From Candidatus Giovannonibacteria bacterium RIFCSPHIGHO2_01_FULL_45_24 (GTDB lineage: Bacteria > Patescibacteriota > Minisyncoccia > UBA11713 > 2-01-FULL-45-33): a stretch of 64,000 bases of DNA. Made by a program: the position numbers and the translations under genes. Each line of letters starts with the position of its first letter. Position 1 is the stretch's first letter. The notes under the pieces were generated by a model. The model was not told the DNA's origin. It searched no databases and was given only the letters and a program-made list of their open reading frames with translations. The DNA lies in NCBI GenBank assembly GCA_001778495.1, contig MFHE01000014.1, positions 8,409 through 72,408 of the forward strand. The letters run 5' to 3'. This document shows positions 1 through 10,300 of the stretch, in pieces.

Positions 1-742
1 TTTCAACTTCGTCGTTCAATTTGGCCTTGCCCCGCTCTGCTCTGCCCGTGACAACGGTGCCCCTGCCTTCAATTGAAAAAACGTCTTCAATCGGCATCAA
101 AAACGGCTTGTCAATGTCGCGAACCGGTTCGGGTATATATTCGTCAAGCTGTTTTGCCAATTCCAAAACCGGCTTGGCCCACTCGTCGTCCGTGGATTTC
201 GCTTCCAATGCTTTTAAAGCTGACCCGCGGATAATCGGGGTTTTGTCCCCGGGATACTCGTATTTAGAAAGAAGTTCTCTGATTTCCGTTTCAACTAAGT
301 CAACCAATTCTTTATCATCAACCGTGTCAACTTTATTTAGAAAAACAATAATCGCCGGCACTCCCACTTGGCGAGCAAGCAAAATATGTTCGCGAGTTTG
401 CGGCATCGGGCCGTCTGCTGCAGAAACTACTAAAACTGCGCCATCCATCTGCGCGGCTCCGGTAATCATGTTTTTGATGTAGTCGGCGTGCCCCGGCGCG
501 TCAATGTGCGCGTAGTGGCGCTTATCCGTTTCGTACTCCGAATGGTGAAGCGCGATTGTAATGCCCCTTTGCCGCTCTTCGGGGGCGTTATCAATGTCTT
601 CAACCTTTTCCACCCTCGCTTTTTTGCCGGCCAAATTCAAAACGTGCAAAAGGGCGGCGGTCAGCGTGGTCTTGCCATGGTCAACGTGGCCGATTGTGCC
701 GACGTTTAAGTGCGGCTTTGTCCTCTCAAATTTCTCTGCCAT
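1..742 (-). CDS. tuf: Elongation factor Tu, N-terminal part (CDS runs off the left window edge)
   Basis: Absent from the ORF track because it is open at the edge. Reverse complement from ATG 742-740 reads [27 protein letters not shown] (G1 motif GHVDHGKTT). It lies downstream of fusA, as in str operons. Confidence 0.93.
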   Translation of the reverse strand, partial: MAEKFERTKPHLNVGTIGHVDHGKTTLTAALLHVLNLAGKKARVEKVEDIDNAPEERQRGITIALHHSEYETDKRHYAHIDAPGHADYIKNMITGAAQMDGAVLVVSAADGPMPQTREHILLARQVGVPAIIVFLNKVDTVDDKELVDLVETEIRELLSKYEYPGDKTPIIRGSALKALEAKSTDDEWAKPVLELAKQLDEYIPEPVRDIDKPFLMPIEDVFSIEGRGTVVTGRAERGKAKLNDEVE

Positions 743-809
743 ATTGTTTAAATTTATTAATTATTCCTGATAAAAAAACGCTTTTTGGCGTATAAAACTC
801 ATGTTAGCG

Positions 810-923
810 CTATACCGGCAGTTCGTCAATCTCCGGCTCCGAGTCCAAATCTTCGGCGAGCAATTCGTCAGACAATATTTTTTCTTTTAGATTTTTTGTT
901 TCGTTTTCTGTTTCGTTTTCCAT
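810..923 (-). CDS. Possible 37-aa acidic micro-ORF between fusA and tuf (MENETENETKNLKEKILSDELLAEDLDSEPEIDELPV)
   Basis: Hand-translated and below the ORF-track size cut-off. ATG 923-921, TAG 812-810. No family or clear SD recognised. Confidence 0.2.
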   Translation of the reverse strand: MENETENETKNLKEKILSDELLAEDLDSEPEIDELPV

Positions 924-940
924 CGTTGTTTATCATATCA

Positions 941-978
941 AAAGAAAAAGCCCCACGCAATAGCAAAAGACCGTAGGG
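941..978 (-). terminator. Putative intrinsic terminator after fusA
   Basis: The minus-strand RNA reads CCCUACG-14 nt-CGUGGGG (7 bp including one G.U) followed by CUUUUUCUUUU. It starts 2 nt after the fusA stop. Confidence 0.4.
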
Positions 979-979
979 A

Positions 980-3070
<2,091 letters not shown>

Positions 3071-3075
3071 AAAAA

Positions 3076-3462
3076 TTATTTAAGCGAGTTTTTTAAATCA
3101 AGAAGGAATTTATTTGCGAATTCTACGGTTTCTTTGGAGATTTTGTCCGTTTGCTCTTCGCGTATTTTTCTAAGCAAAAATTCCCACATTTTTGTAAAAA
3201 CTTGTTTATCTTTTTCATCAGGAATTAACTCAAGTATTCTTTCCGAATAACCAATTACCGGCTCCAGCCACGATGCTACCGCATATTTATTGTGCCGCCA
3301 CTTTTCTTGTTTTTCCGCCAATTTGCTGCCATGCTCAGCAATAGCTTTTTTTTCTTCATCACTCAACCAAACATCAGGATACTCTCCATAATCATTGAGC
3401 AAGCTATCTATTGTTTTCTTGGCTTCTTCTTTCGGATCCAACCGTTCTTTGCCTCTTTCCAT
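3076..3462 (-). CDS. Hypothetical 128-aa K/E-rich protein inserted between rpsG and fusA
   Basis: ORF-track ORF. Its stop is 6 nt before the fusA start. It is visibly more AT-rich than its neighbours. No family recognised. Confidence 0.55.
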   Translation of the reverse strand: MERGKERLDPKEEAKKTIDSLLNDYGEYPDVWLSDEEKKAIAEHGSKLAEKQEKWRHNKYAVASWLEPVIGYSERILELIPDEKDKQVFTKMWEFLLRKIREEQTDKISKETVEFANKFLLDLKNSLK

Positions 3463-3478
3463 AAAATTTTCAAATTTA

Positions 3479-3670
3479 CCCCCACACCAACTTATGTTTC
3501 TAAAGATGCGCGCATTCTCAATCTAAGCTGCGCAAAAGCACTCGACCTTAACTTCAAATTTGATTTTCTTTTGCGCGCATCTTTCTCGGCTTTGTATGCC
3601 TTATAGTAGATAAGCTCAAATGGCGCTCGCAATTTTGTAGAAAATGATTTTTTCTCATTTGGTGTGGGGG
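3479..3670 (-). repeat. ~190-nt intergenic element closed by a 12-bp inverted repeat, with nested and alternative internal stems
   Basis: Outer inverted repeat: CCCCCACACCAA (3479-3490) / TTGGTGTGGGGG (3659-3670). Inner 12-bp stem: AAAGATGCGCGC (3502-3513) / GCGCGCATCTTT (3573-3584). Competing 9-bp stem: GCGCAAAAG (3530-3538) / CTTTTGCGC (3568-3576). Confidence 0.7.
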
Positions 3671-3671
3671 C

Positions 3672-4163
3672 TTACCAAGCAAAATGCGCGAAGGCGCGGT
3701 TGGCTTCGGCCATGCGATGGGTATCCAGTTTTTTCTTGATGGCGGCGCCTTCGTTTTTCGCGGCCAAAAGAACCTCTTCGGCCAGTTTTTTAGCCATCGG
3801 CTTGCCTTTTTTGGCGCGAGAGGCGCCGATAATCCATCTCGCCGCCAAAGAAAACCCCCTCTCCGCAGAAACCTCTCTCGGTACCTGGTACGTCGCCCCG
3901 CCGATTCTTCTGGGGCGGATTTCCACGAGCGGCGTCACGTTTTTCAGCGCTTCTTCCAAAACCGCCACGGGGGTTTCCGTTTTTTTTCCTGCCTTGTCGG
4001 CAGACAGGGCTTTCTTTATTTCTTCAAAAACGCCCTCCATAACTTTCTGCGCGGTTGTCTTTTTGCCGGAAAGCATCAAATAGTTGGTGAGTTTCGCCAC
4101 CAGCCGGGAGCTGTAAATCGGATCCGGCCTCAATTCTCTTTTTTCTTTTTTCTTTCTACGCAT
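3672..4163 (-). CDS. rpsG: 30S ribosomal protein S7
   Basis: 163 aa. Reads PDPIYSSRLVAKLTNYLMLSGKKTTAQKV and ends ANRAFAHFAW, both typical of S7. It follows rpsL. Confidence 0.96.
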   Translation of the reverse strand: MRRKKKEKRELRPDPIYSSRLVAKLTNYLMLSGKKTTAQKVMEGVFEEIKKALSADKAGKKTETPVAVLEEALKNVTPLVEIRPRRIGGATYQVPREVSAERGFSLAARWIIGASRAKKGKPMAKKLAEEVLLAAKNEGAAIKKKLDTHRMAEANRAFAHFAW

Positions 4164-4166
4164 GTT

Positions 4167-4194
4167 TGAAAATTGTAAATTGAAAATTGTAAAT
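4167..4194. repeat. Exact 14-nt tandem duplication (TGAAAATTGTAAAT x2) in the rpsL-rpsG spacer
   Basis: Read directly: 4167-4180 is identical to 4181-4194. Confidence 0.9.
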
Positions 4195-4607
4195 TAAGCC
4201 TTGGGGCGCTTTGTTCCGTATTTTGACCTTTGCTGTTTCCTACCCTCAACGCCGGCTGTGTCCAAAACCCCGCGGACAATGTGGTATTGAACGCCCGGAA
4301 GGTCCTTAACGCGCCCGCCCCGTATCATTACGACCGAGTGCTCCTGCAGGGCATGCTTCTCGCCGGGAATGTATGCTGTGACTTCCATTCCATTGGTGAG
4401 GCGCACTCTCGCAACTTTTCGCAAAGCCGAGTTCGGCTTTTTAGGCGTCATAGTTTTCACCGCCAAGCAAACCCCTCTTTTGAAAGGCGACGGGTAAAAA
4501 CGCGGCCGATTTTGGAGCACGTTAAAAGACTTGGCCAAAGCCACAGACTTCGCTTTATACTCCATCTTCTTTCTGCCCTTTTTAACCAATTGATTTATAG
4601 TAGGCAT
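4194..4607 (-). CDS. rpsL: 30S ribosomal protein S12
   Basis: The ORF-track ORF 4194..4628 contains [14 protein letters not shown] at its 8th codon, the canonical S12 N-terminus, so I place the start at 4607. Confidence 0.95.
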   Translation of the reverse strand: MPTINQLVKKGRKKMEYKAKSVALAKSFNVLQNRPRFYPSPFKRGVCLAVKTMTPKKPNSALRKVARVRLTNGMEVTAYIPGEKHALQEHSVVMIRGGRVKDLPGVQYHIVRGVLDTAGVEGRKQQRSKYGTKRPKA

Positions 4608-4635
4608 ATTTGTATCGCAGTTTATCACACTTCAA

Positions 4636-5256
4636 TCAAAAAGCAAAGCCCGTAATCAGCCGGAATAAAAACGCGGCGATGGGCAAAATTATGCCCGAGA
4701 GAAAAAATATGAAAACCACAAGGATAATAAGCCCGTATCTTTCAAAAAATATCTCCAAATCCGAAGCGCGCGACGGGAGCAAGGTGAAAAGAACTTTGGA
4801 GCCGTCCAGCGGAGGGATGGGTATAAGATTAAATATCGCCAAAATTAGATTAAGAAAAACAATAAATATGGCAATTTGCAAAAACTGCGGCGGCAAAGCC
4901 AGCGCGCCGGAGAAACGAATCAGCGCCCCGAAGACGAGGGCAACTATTATATTGGAAAGCGGCCCCGCCGCGCCAACCAAACCGGGGCCGTACTTTTGAT
5001 TTCTTAAATTGTAGGGATTATACGGCACCGGACGCGCCCAGCCGAAAATAAACCCGCCCAAAAGGTAGGTGATAGTGGGCAAAATCACCGAGCCGAAAGG
5101 GTCCAGATGTTTTAGGGGGTTGAGCGTCAATCTCCCTTCTTCTTTGGCAGTGTTGTCGCCCATCGCGTAGGCAACGGCGCCGTGGGAAATTTCGTGGATC
5201 ACCACGGAGAAAATCAAAATCAGAATTTGAAAAATAAATTCTACGGCTTGATTCAT
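4636..5256 (-). CDS. Site-2 protease (peptidase M50) family membrane metalloprotease
   Basis: 206 aa and polytopic. HEISHG (HExxH) sits in the first TM segment, and the second hydrophobic half contains the PIPPLDGS motif. Confidence 0.8.
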   Translation of the reverse strand: MNQAVEFIFQILILIFSVVIHEISHGAVAYAMGDNTAKEEGRLTLNPLKHLDPFGSVILPTITYLLGGFIFGWARPVPYNPYNLRNQKYGPGLVGAAGPLSNIIVALVFGALIRFSGALALPPQFLQIAIFIVFLNLILAIFNLIPIPPLDGSKVLFTLLPSRASDLEIFFERYGLIILVVFIFFLSGIILPIAAFLFRLITGFAF

Positions 5257-5303
5257 ATATAATATAATGCTAATCTACGAACGATATCCGAATATCACAA
5301 ATT

Positions 5304-5501
5304 ATGGCAAAAATTTGCGCGATTTGCAAAAAAGGGTCGGTAATAATGGGAACGCGGAGGCTGCTCCGCGGGCATTATAATCCGACAAAACGCTCCAGAA
5401 AATATCCCAACCTCCAGTGGGCGCGCTTGCCTGCGGGCGGCAGAATAAAAATTTGCACAAGATGCATGAAAGCAGGGAAGCATTTGAAAATGAAAGCTTA
5501 G
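5304..5501 (+). CDS. rpmB: 50S ribosomal protein L28
   Basis: 65 aa and basic. MAKICAICKKG...GHYNPTKRSRKYPNLQW matches the L28 pattern. Confidence 0.85.
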   Translation: MAKICAICKKGSVIMGTRRLLRGHYNPTKRSRKYPNLQWARLPAGGRIKICTRCMKAGKHLKMKA

Positions 5502-5504
5502 CTT

Positions 5505-5575
5505 TCGGGCCAGGCGGAATTGAACCGCCGCCACACCCACCCCAAGGGTGCGTACTGCCGTTATACTATGGCCCG
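5505..5575 (-). tRNA. tRNA-Pro (anticodon GGG)
   Basis: Folded by hand. Acceptor CGGGCCA/TGGCCCG with discriminator A. D stem GTAT/GTAC. Anticodon arm CACCC-TTGGGGT-GGGTG. T arm GGCGG-TTCAATT-CCGCC. No encoded CCA. Confidence 0.9.
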
Positions 5576-5696
5576 ATTTTTAACATCAATTCTTCCACGC
5601 AGGAAAGATGTATTAAAATCGCCTTTCCTCTCCGCTCAACGCTCAAAATTTTTCTCCCCAAAATCCGCTTCCTCCGGCAGTTCTGGCATAATTTTG

Positions 5697-5768
5697 CGTC
5701 CTCGCTGGGATTTGAACCCAGATTTTCGGCTCCGGAGGCCGACGCTCTGTCCGTTGAGCTACGAGGAC
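5697..5768 (-). tRNA. tRNA-Arg (anticodon CCG)
   Basis: Folded by hand. Acceptor GTCCTCG/CGAGGAC with discriminator G. D stem GCTC/GAGC. Anticodon arm TCGGC-CTCCGGA-GCCGA. T arm CTGGG-TTCAAAT-CCCAG. Confidence 0.9.
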
Positions 5769-5771
5769 ATT

Positions 5772-5796
5772 CACTTAGACGTCCGACGTCTAAGTG
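5772..5796. repeat. Palindromic hairpin repeat, copy 1 (CACTTAGACGT-CCG-ACGTCTAAGTG)
   Basis: Perfect 11-bp arms with a 3-nt loop. It lies 3 nt from the tRNA-Arg 5' end. It supplies the last codons and the TAG stop of the 5790..6284 ORF. Confidence 0.95.
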
Positions 5797-6284
5797 TGTC
5801 TATCAGCGACAGTTGACGCCCCGAAAGAATTGGGCTTGATTACGGCGTCAAAGCCGTAGCCCTTGACCATGCCAACGACGCCGTCTATGAATTCGCGCGT
5901 GGGGCCGTTTTCGCCCACATCAATGTGAATCTGGTCGTTCCAAAAAAATTCATCTCCCAATTTTTCTTTGAGGCGCCCGCGGAGCTCCTGCGCCAAAGTT
6001 ATGGAGCAGATTGTTTCTCTATAAATCCGTTCGCGGAGAGTATTGCAACGCGTTTTTTCGGAACGCGTCCAAAAATGAATTCCGCCGTTCCCTACCCGCC
6101 AGATTGTAACGGCGGTCACAAATTGCACCTCCGACCGCGCCGCCGAATCGGTCCCCACGATGATTTTGTACCGCCGAGACGGCTTTGATTTGACGAAATC
6201 GTAAATCGCCTGAACGACTTCTTCTAAACCAAGCTCCGCTCCCAATATGTTAAAAAATTTTGAGTTGGACATTTTTTTCTGCAT
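5790..6284 (-). CDS. YkuK/DUF458-like RNase H-fold protein
   Basis: 164 aa. YKIIVGTDS...VQFVTAVTIWRVGNGG...IHIDVGENG resembles the YkuK family as I remember it. No search was run. Confidence 0.55.
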   Translation of the reverse strand: MQKKMSNSKFFNILGAELGLEEVVQAIYDFVKSKPSRRYKIIVGTDSAARSEVQFVTAVTIWRVGNGGIHFWTRSEKTRCNTLRERIYRETICSITLAQELRGRLKEKLGDEFFWNDQIHIDVGENGPTREFIDGVVGMVKGYGFDAVIKPNSFGASTVADRHT

Positions 6285-6852
6285 CTAGCTTCTCCGGCTT
6301 ATTCCAAGCCACCGGTATCGCCACTTTGCCGCCGGCGTTTCTTGAATAAAAAAGCACGTGGCCGTTCTGCCTCCCGAAGTCGTAAAGGTTTTTTGTAATC
6401 TCCACGTCCTTCAGGCAGTATTTTTTAATTTCGCCCATTTTCCCTTCTTTATACCATTTCAGCGCCTGAAGTCCATCCCCCGACTTTCTGACGCCCAGCG
6501 TCGCGTCCGCCAAGCTGTCCAGATAAAGCCGGTGGCCGAGCGATTTTTTTATGTCGTCCATCAAGTCCAGCGCGGGCAAATTTTTCAAATTCCAGGAAAT
6601 GTAGGGCTGTAAAACCGCCAGATCAAAATGGCGGATATTAAAACCGACCACGCGGCCGGCTCTTTGCAGCAGCTTCTCAAACTCTGGAATTTCATGTTCC
6701 TCAAAAGTCAAGTATTGACCCAGCCCATAAACGTACGCGCCCACCACCGAAACTCCGAGTTTTCCGAAATTTTCTCCATCTCTCGCGGAAATCCCGGCCT
6801 CATTGAAAGAACGCTTGGTTTCAATATCAAAAACAACGTCGTCCGAGTCCAT
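6250..6852 (-). CDS. DEDD-type 3'-5' exonuclease, RNase H-like superfamily (YprB-like)
   Basis: Exo motifs VVFDIET, GFNIRHFDLAVL and KYCLKDVEIT. I place the start at the internal MDSDD (6852), which abuts the DoxX stop. The track ORF extends to 6897. Confidence 0.7.
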   Translation of the reverse strand: MDSDDVVFDIETKRSFNEAGISARDGENFGKLGVSVVGAYVYGLGQYLTFEEHEIPEFEKLLQRAGRVVGFNIRHFDLAVLQPYISWNLKNLPALDLMDDIKKSLGHRLYLDSLADATLGVRKSGDGLQALKWYKEGKMGEIKKYCLKDVEITKNLYDFGRQNGHVLFYSRNAGGKVAIPVAWNKPEKLDAEKNVQLKIF

Positions 6853-6853
6853 A

Positions 6854-7276
6854 TTATAAAGGTAGGTCAATGGCCAAAGCGCCTGGGCCAAGGACAAGCA
6901 AAGCCAAAAGAGCCAGTAAAATCAAAAAATCAAATTCCCATCCTGCCTCGCCGGCAGACAGGCCGCCGATAAATTTTTGGCCGCGCTTGAACCAAAGAAG
7001 TATGGCCAGAAATTGGACAGCCAAAACCAAAGCGGCCAATTGCGTCAAAAACCCAACAATGAGACAGATGCCGCCTAGAAATTCCGCCAATGTCACCAGC
7101 CACGCCCAAAATTTCCCCGGACGGAATTTCATTGACTCAAACCATCCGGCAAATTGGACTTTGTCTGAAACCAATTTCTGCCAGCCGTGCGCCAAAAAAA
7201 TCGCCCCTAAGGCAACGCGCAATATTGTAGGGGCGTAGAAACCGTAATCCAAAAATTGCGGGAAGATGCTAAGCAT
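6854..7276 (-). CDS. DoxX family membrane protein
   Basis: 140 aa with 4 TM segments. TILRVALGAIFLAHGWQKL is typical of DoxX. Confidence 0.75.
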   Translation of the reverse strand: MLSIFPQFLDYGFYAPTILRVALGAIFLAHGWQKLVSDKVQFAGWFESMKFRPGKFWAWLVTLAEFLGGICLIVGFLTQLAALVLAVQFLAILLWFKRGQKFIGGLSAGEAGWEFDFLILLALLALLVLGPGALAIDLPL

Positions 7277-7445
7277 TTTTTTTGTTTCTTCCTAAAATCT
7301 CATCTATTTTCCCCTGACGCTCTTTTCTTTTTTTGATCTCGCTCTTGGCTTCCAGTTCCGCGCGCAAGTTCCTAAGCTCCCGCAAGCCGCGCGGATTTTT
7401 TTCCAAGTCAGGAAAAAGCTCGCCCTCTTTTGGTTTTTCACCCAT
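7269..7445 (-). CDS. Small basic coiled-coil protein (58 aa), hypothetical
   Basis: This is the internal-Met version of track ORF 7269..7580. It overlaps the DoxX start by 8 nt. No family recognised. Confidence 0.3.
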   Translation of the reverse strand: MGEKPKEGELFPDLEKNPRGLRELRNLRAELEAKSEIKKRKERQGKIDEILGRNKKNA

Positions 7446-7463
7446 AAGTGTAATATAGCAAAT

Positions 7464-8267
7464 ATGAACAAGGATGTCATGTGGCTGATATTTGTGCTTA
7501 TAATAGTGGGCATTGTTTTCGGTTTCCAGAGAAAAAATATAAATCTGTTCTCGCAAACTCCTTCCGGAAACGTAAATCAAACAACTCCGGCAAAAACCCC
7601 GCCTGCCACGACTCCAGCGCCAGCGCCAGCGCCAACGCCCGCTACGGCAAAGCCGCCCGCACTGCGATTAGGCCTCGGGCAGGTTTATTCCACCCAGCCA
7701 GCGCAGGAATACATTGTCTTGGAACACTTTGATTTTGATAATAAGCAAGCAATCAGCATCTCCGGCATGAAACTTCAAAATCGCGACCGCGTTTCCGGGA
7801 CCGTTGGCAAAAACGAATACGGCGGGGATATTTATCTCAATTACGGAGAGCGCGCTGCAATCGTGACCGGCGAAAGCCCGCTCGGAAAAAATTTCAAACT
7901 GAATAAATGCTCTGGATATTTCAACCAGAACAATTCCCTGCCGGTTTACACGTCCTGCCCGTCACTTTCCGACTTGCCGCAGCCAAGGAATCTAAATAAT
8001 AAATGCATCCAATACATAGAAAGTCTGCCGAATTGCGCCGTGCCCAACATCAACGCCGATACGGGGATTGATAATACCTGCGCAGAATTCGTAATCCAGC
8101 ACGCAAGCTATGTGGGATGCGTCGCCGACCACAAAAACGACACCGATTTTGACCAGCGCCACTGGCTCATTTACCTCGGCAAAAACGCCGAGATGTGGGG
8201 AAGCCGCCGCGACCTCATCCAGCTCTTTGACCAGCTGGGGAAATTGATTGCGGAAATTAGTTACTAA
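7464..8267 (+). CDS. Membrane-anchored or secreted Cys-containing protein with a P/A/T-rich linker, possibly a lamin-tail-like domain
   Basis: N-terminal TM segment, a TPPATTPAPAPAPTPATAKPP linker, EYIVLEHFDF...ISISGMKLQN, and 7 cysteines in the C-terminal half. Confidence 0.6.
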   Translation: MNKDVMWLIFVLIIVGIVFGFQRKNINLFSQTPSGNVNQTTPAKTPPATTPAPAPAPTPATAKPPALRLGLGQVYSTQPAQEYIVLEHFDFDNKQAISISGMKLQNRDRVSGTVGKNEYGGDIYLNYGERAAIVTGESPLGKNFKLNKCSGYFNQNNSLPVYTSCPSLSDLPQPRNLNNKCIQYIESLPNCAVPNINADTGIDNTCAEFVIQHASYVGCVADHKNDTDFDQRHWLIYLGKNAEMWGSRRDLIQLFDQLGKLIAEISY

Positions 8268-8736
8268 GCTCCCAAAGCGCGATGCCGGCCACCACCGAAA
8301 CATTCAGCGATTCCTTTTTGCCGCGCATGGGGATTTCTATAATTGCACCTGATTTTTTTAGAATGCTTTTTGAAATCCCGCGCACCTCGTTGCCCAAAAT
8401 CAGCGCGATGCCCGACTTGGAAGTCCGGCTTCCAAGTGAAAATTTATTAAGATTCAGCGACTTTTTTGACTGCTCCAAGGCGATAATCTGAATTTTTTCC
8501 AGTTTCAAACATTTTATTAAATTAAAAATATTTTTTTGCTTCTCCCATCTCACATATTTTTCCGCGCCCAGCGCGGTTTTTTGAAAATCCTTGCGTAATT
8601 TCCCAAAAATATCGTATGGCTCCGGCGTGTATCCGGTCAAATATATTTTCTTAACGCCCAACCCTTCCGCGGTGCGAAAAATTGAGCCGACGTTGTGCAA
8701 GCTCCGGATATTATGCAAAACAAGAGAAATTTCCAT
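8257..8736 (-). CDS. SpoU/TrmH-family RNA 2'-O-methyltransferase
   Basis: 159 aa. Contains HNVGSIFRTAEGLG, LILGNEVRGIS and ESLNVSVVAGIALWE motifs. Confidence 0.85.
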   Translation of the reverse strand: MEISLVLHNIRSLHNVGSIFRTAEGLGVKKIYLTGYTPEPYDIFGKLRKDFQKTALGAEKYVRWEKQKNIFNLIKCLKLEKIQIIALEQSKKSLNLNKFSLGSRTSKSGIALILGNEVRGISKSILKKSGAIIEIPMRGKKESLNVSVVAGIALWELSN

Positions 8737-8739
8737 CTG

Positions 8740-9507
8740 CTACCTGATCTCGTAAGTCAGGGTCACAAAAATATTGATTTCGTTCTCACCGGAAGGCAAA
8801 GCGGGGAAATCTCCACCCAGACCGAATTCCGCGGCTTTGCCGTAAATCGGCACCGGCGGCGGGAAGCCGCCGCCCGATTCGGAATATGAGACCAATTTCT
8901 TCAGCCGGATATCCAAACTTTTTGACAACCTCGCGGCTTTTTCCTTTGCGTCTTTGATCGCCGCGGCTCTTGCTTCGTCCTTGGCCGCTTTCGGATCGTC
9001 CACGGTAAATTGAATGGAGCCCACTTGGTTTGCCCCGAATTCCGCCGACCGCGAGAGTATGCCGCCTACTTCGCCCAAATCTCTGATTTTAACCTCAAGA
9101 TTTTGATGAACTTCGTAGCCACGGAATATCTGTGCGCCGTCTTTATAATCATACCTGGGGCTTATGCTGTAAGAAGTCGTTTTGACATCTTTATCTTCCA
9201 CCCCTTCGCGCTTTAGCATCTCTAAAACTCTGTTTATGACGTCTGTCGCGGAACGCTGGGTTAAAACCAAATCGGTACCCTGTTTTATAACGCCGATATT
9301 TACAACTGCCACGTCCGGCTTAACAAAAACCTTGCCTTCGCCGGAGACGCTGATTGTAGAAGCCGGAAACGGTCGGCTGGCTCCTGTAATTTCATTCCAC
9401 GTGCGCACGCCGAAAAACACGATAAGCACAGCCAAAAATACTATCATCGCCCAAAGCGCTTCCTTCGGCGGCCTGATGTGCAGATATTTTGACTCGTTTA
9501 TGTCCAT
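8740..9507 (-). CDS. SIMPL (DUF541) domain protein
   Basis: 255 aa. N-terminal TM segment, ISVSGEGKVFVKPDVAVVNIGV, and a C-terminal INIFVTLTYEI pattern. Confidence 0.75.
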   Translation of the reverse strand: MDINESKYLHIRPPKEALWAMIVFLAVLIVFFGVRTWNEITGASRPFPASTISVSGEGKVFVKPDVAVVNIGVIKQGTDLVLTQRSATDVINRVLEMLKREGVEDKDVKTTSYSISPRYDYKDGAQIFRGYEVHQNLEVKIRDLGEVGGILSRSAEFGANQVGSIQFTVDDPKAAKDEARAAAIKDAKEKAARLSKSLDIRLKKLVSYSESGGGFPPPVPIYGKAAEFGLGGDFPALPSGENEINIFVTLTYEIR

Positions 9508-9559
9508 ATAATTTATAATATCACAAAATAGACTAAAAATAAAAAACCCCGCCGGGTGG

Positions 9560-10264
9560 TCAGGGCCTCTCTAAAAATTTTCTCATAGTGCGCAGGCGCA
9601 GAAAATTCTTTGCGCCGCCCAAATAATGCCCTAAAAAAGCGTTAGTATGAACTTCGGCTTTAGGAAAATTATTGGCAAATGTATCGGCCAGGCTCATAAC
9701 ATTTGGAGAACCCATAACCGCGTCCTTTTTGGAAGCGAAAAATAATATTTTTGTTTCCTTAAGGCGCTGTAAATTGTTAATGGGTGAAAGATAAGACCAC
9801 GCTTTGTTCACCTCTGCATAACTAATATCTCTGTTCTCCCAATCTTTTCTGATTGGCCTGGTCGCGCTACCGTTCCAAACCGCAAACGGAAAATCAGCGC
9901 AACTTAGATTTATGACAACTCCGCCGACCTTGCCGTACGCTAAGGCCAAGATATTGGCAGTGCGTAAAGCTATAACGCTTCCCAAGCTAGCCCCGTAAAA
10001 ACTAAAATCGTAAATGCCTTTGCTCTTTAAACGCTTAATATCACACAAAGCCGCCGACTCTAAAAAGTCAAAATTGCAAAACGTGGCTCCGATGTCCGAG
10101 CTTAAAAGCGAACTGGGACAATGATAAATAATCGTGCGATAGTCCACAAAATATCTCGCAAACCATTGATACGGCCGAATGGGCGCGCCCCAATGCGGGA
10201 AAATCAGAAGTGCCTTTTTGTTGTCAACGCCATTCTCACGTCTTTCAACCCAAAATTTTTCCAT
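9560..10264 (-). CDS. Alpha/beta hydrolase
   Basis: 234 aa. Nucleophile elbow GASLGS, and a late H in LGHYLGG. Confidence 0.6.
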   Translation of the reverse strand: MEKFWVERRENGVDNKKALLIFPHWGAPIRPYQWFARYFVDYRTIIYHCPSSLLSSDIGATFCNFDFLESAALCDIKRLKSKGIYDFSFYGASLGSVIALRTANILALAYGKVGGVVINLSCADFPFAVWNGSATRPIRKDWENRDISYAEVNKAWSYLSPINNLQRLKETKILFFASKKDAVMGSPNVMSLADTFANNFPKAEVHTNAFLGHYLGGAKNFLRLRTMRKFLERP

Positions 10265-10300
10265 AAAGAATTCTCCTTCTCTATTTTTTCTAGCATAGTC

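Noticed and set aside
21-770. Plus-strand track ORFs (21..482, 488..709, 561..770)
   Set aside because: They lie antisense to the clearly recognisable EF-Tu coding sequence on the minus strand and are mirror-frame artefacts.
5295-5839. ORFs 5295..5540(-), 5417..5839(+) and 5520..5816(+)
   Set aside because: They run through rpmB and both tRNA genes. The tRNA folds and the L28 identity explain the region better.
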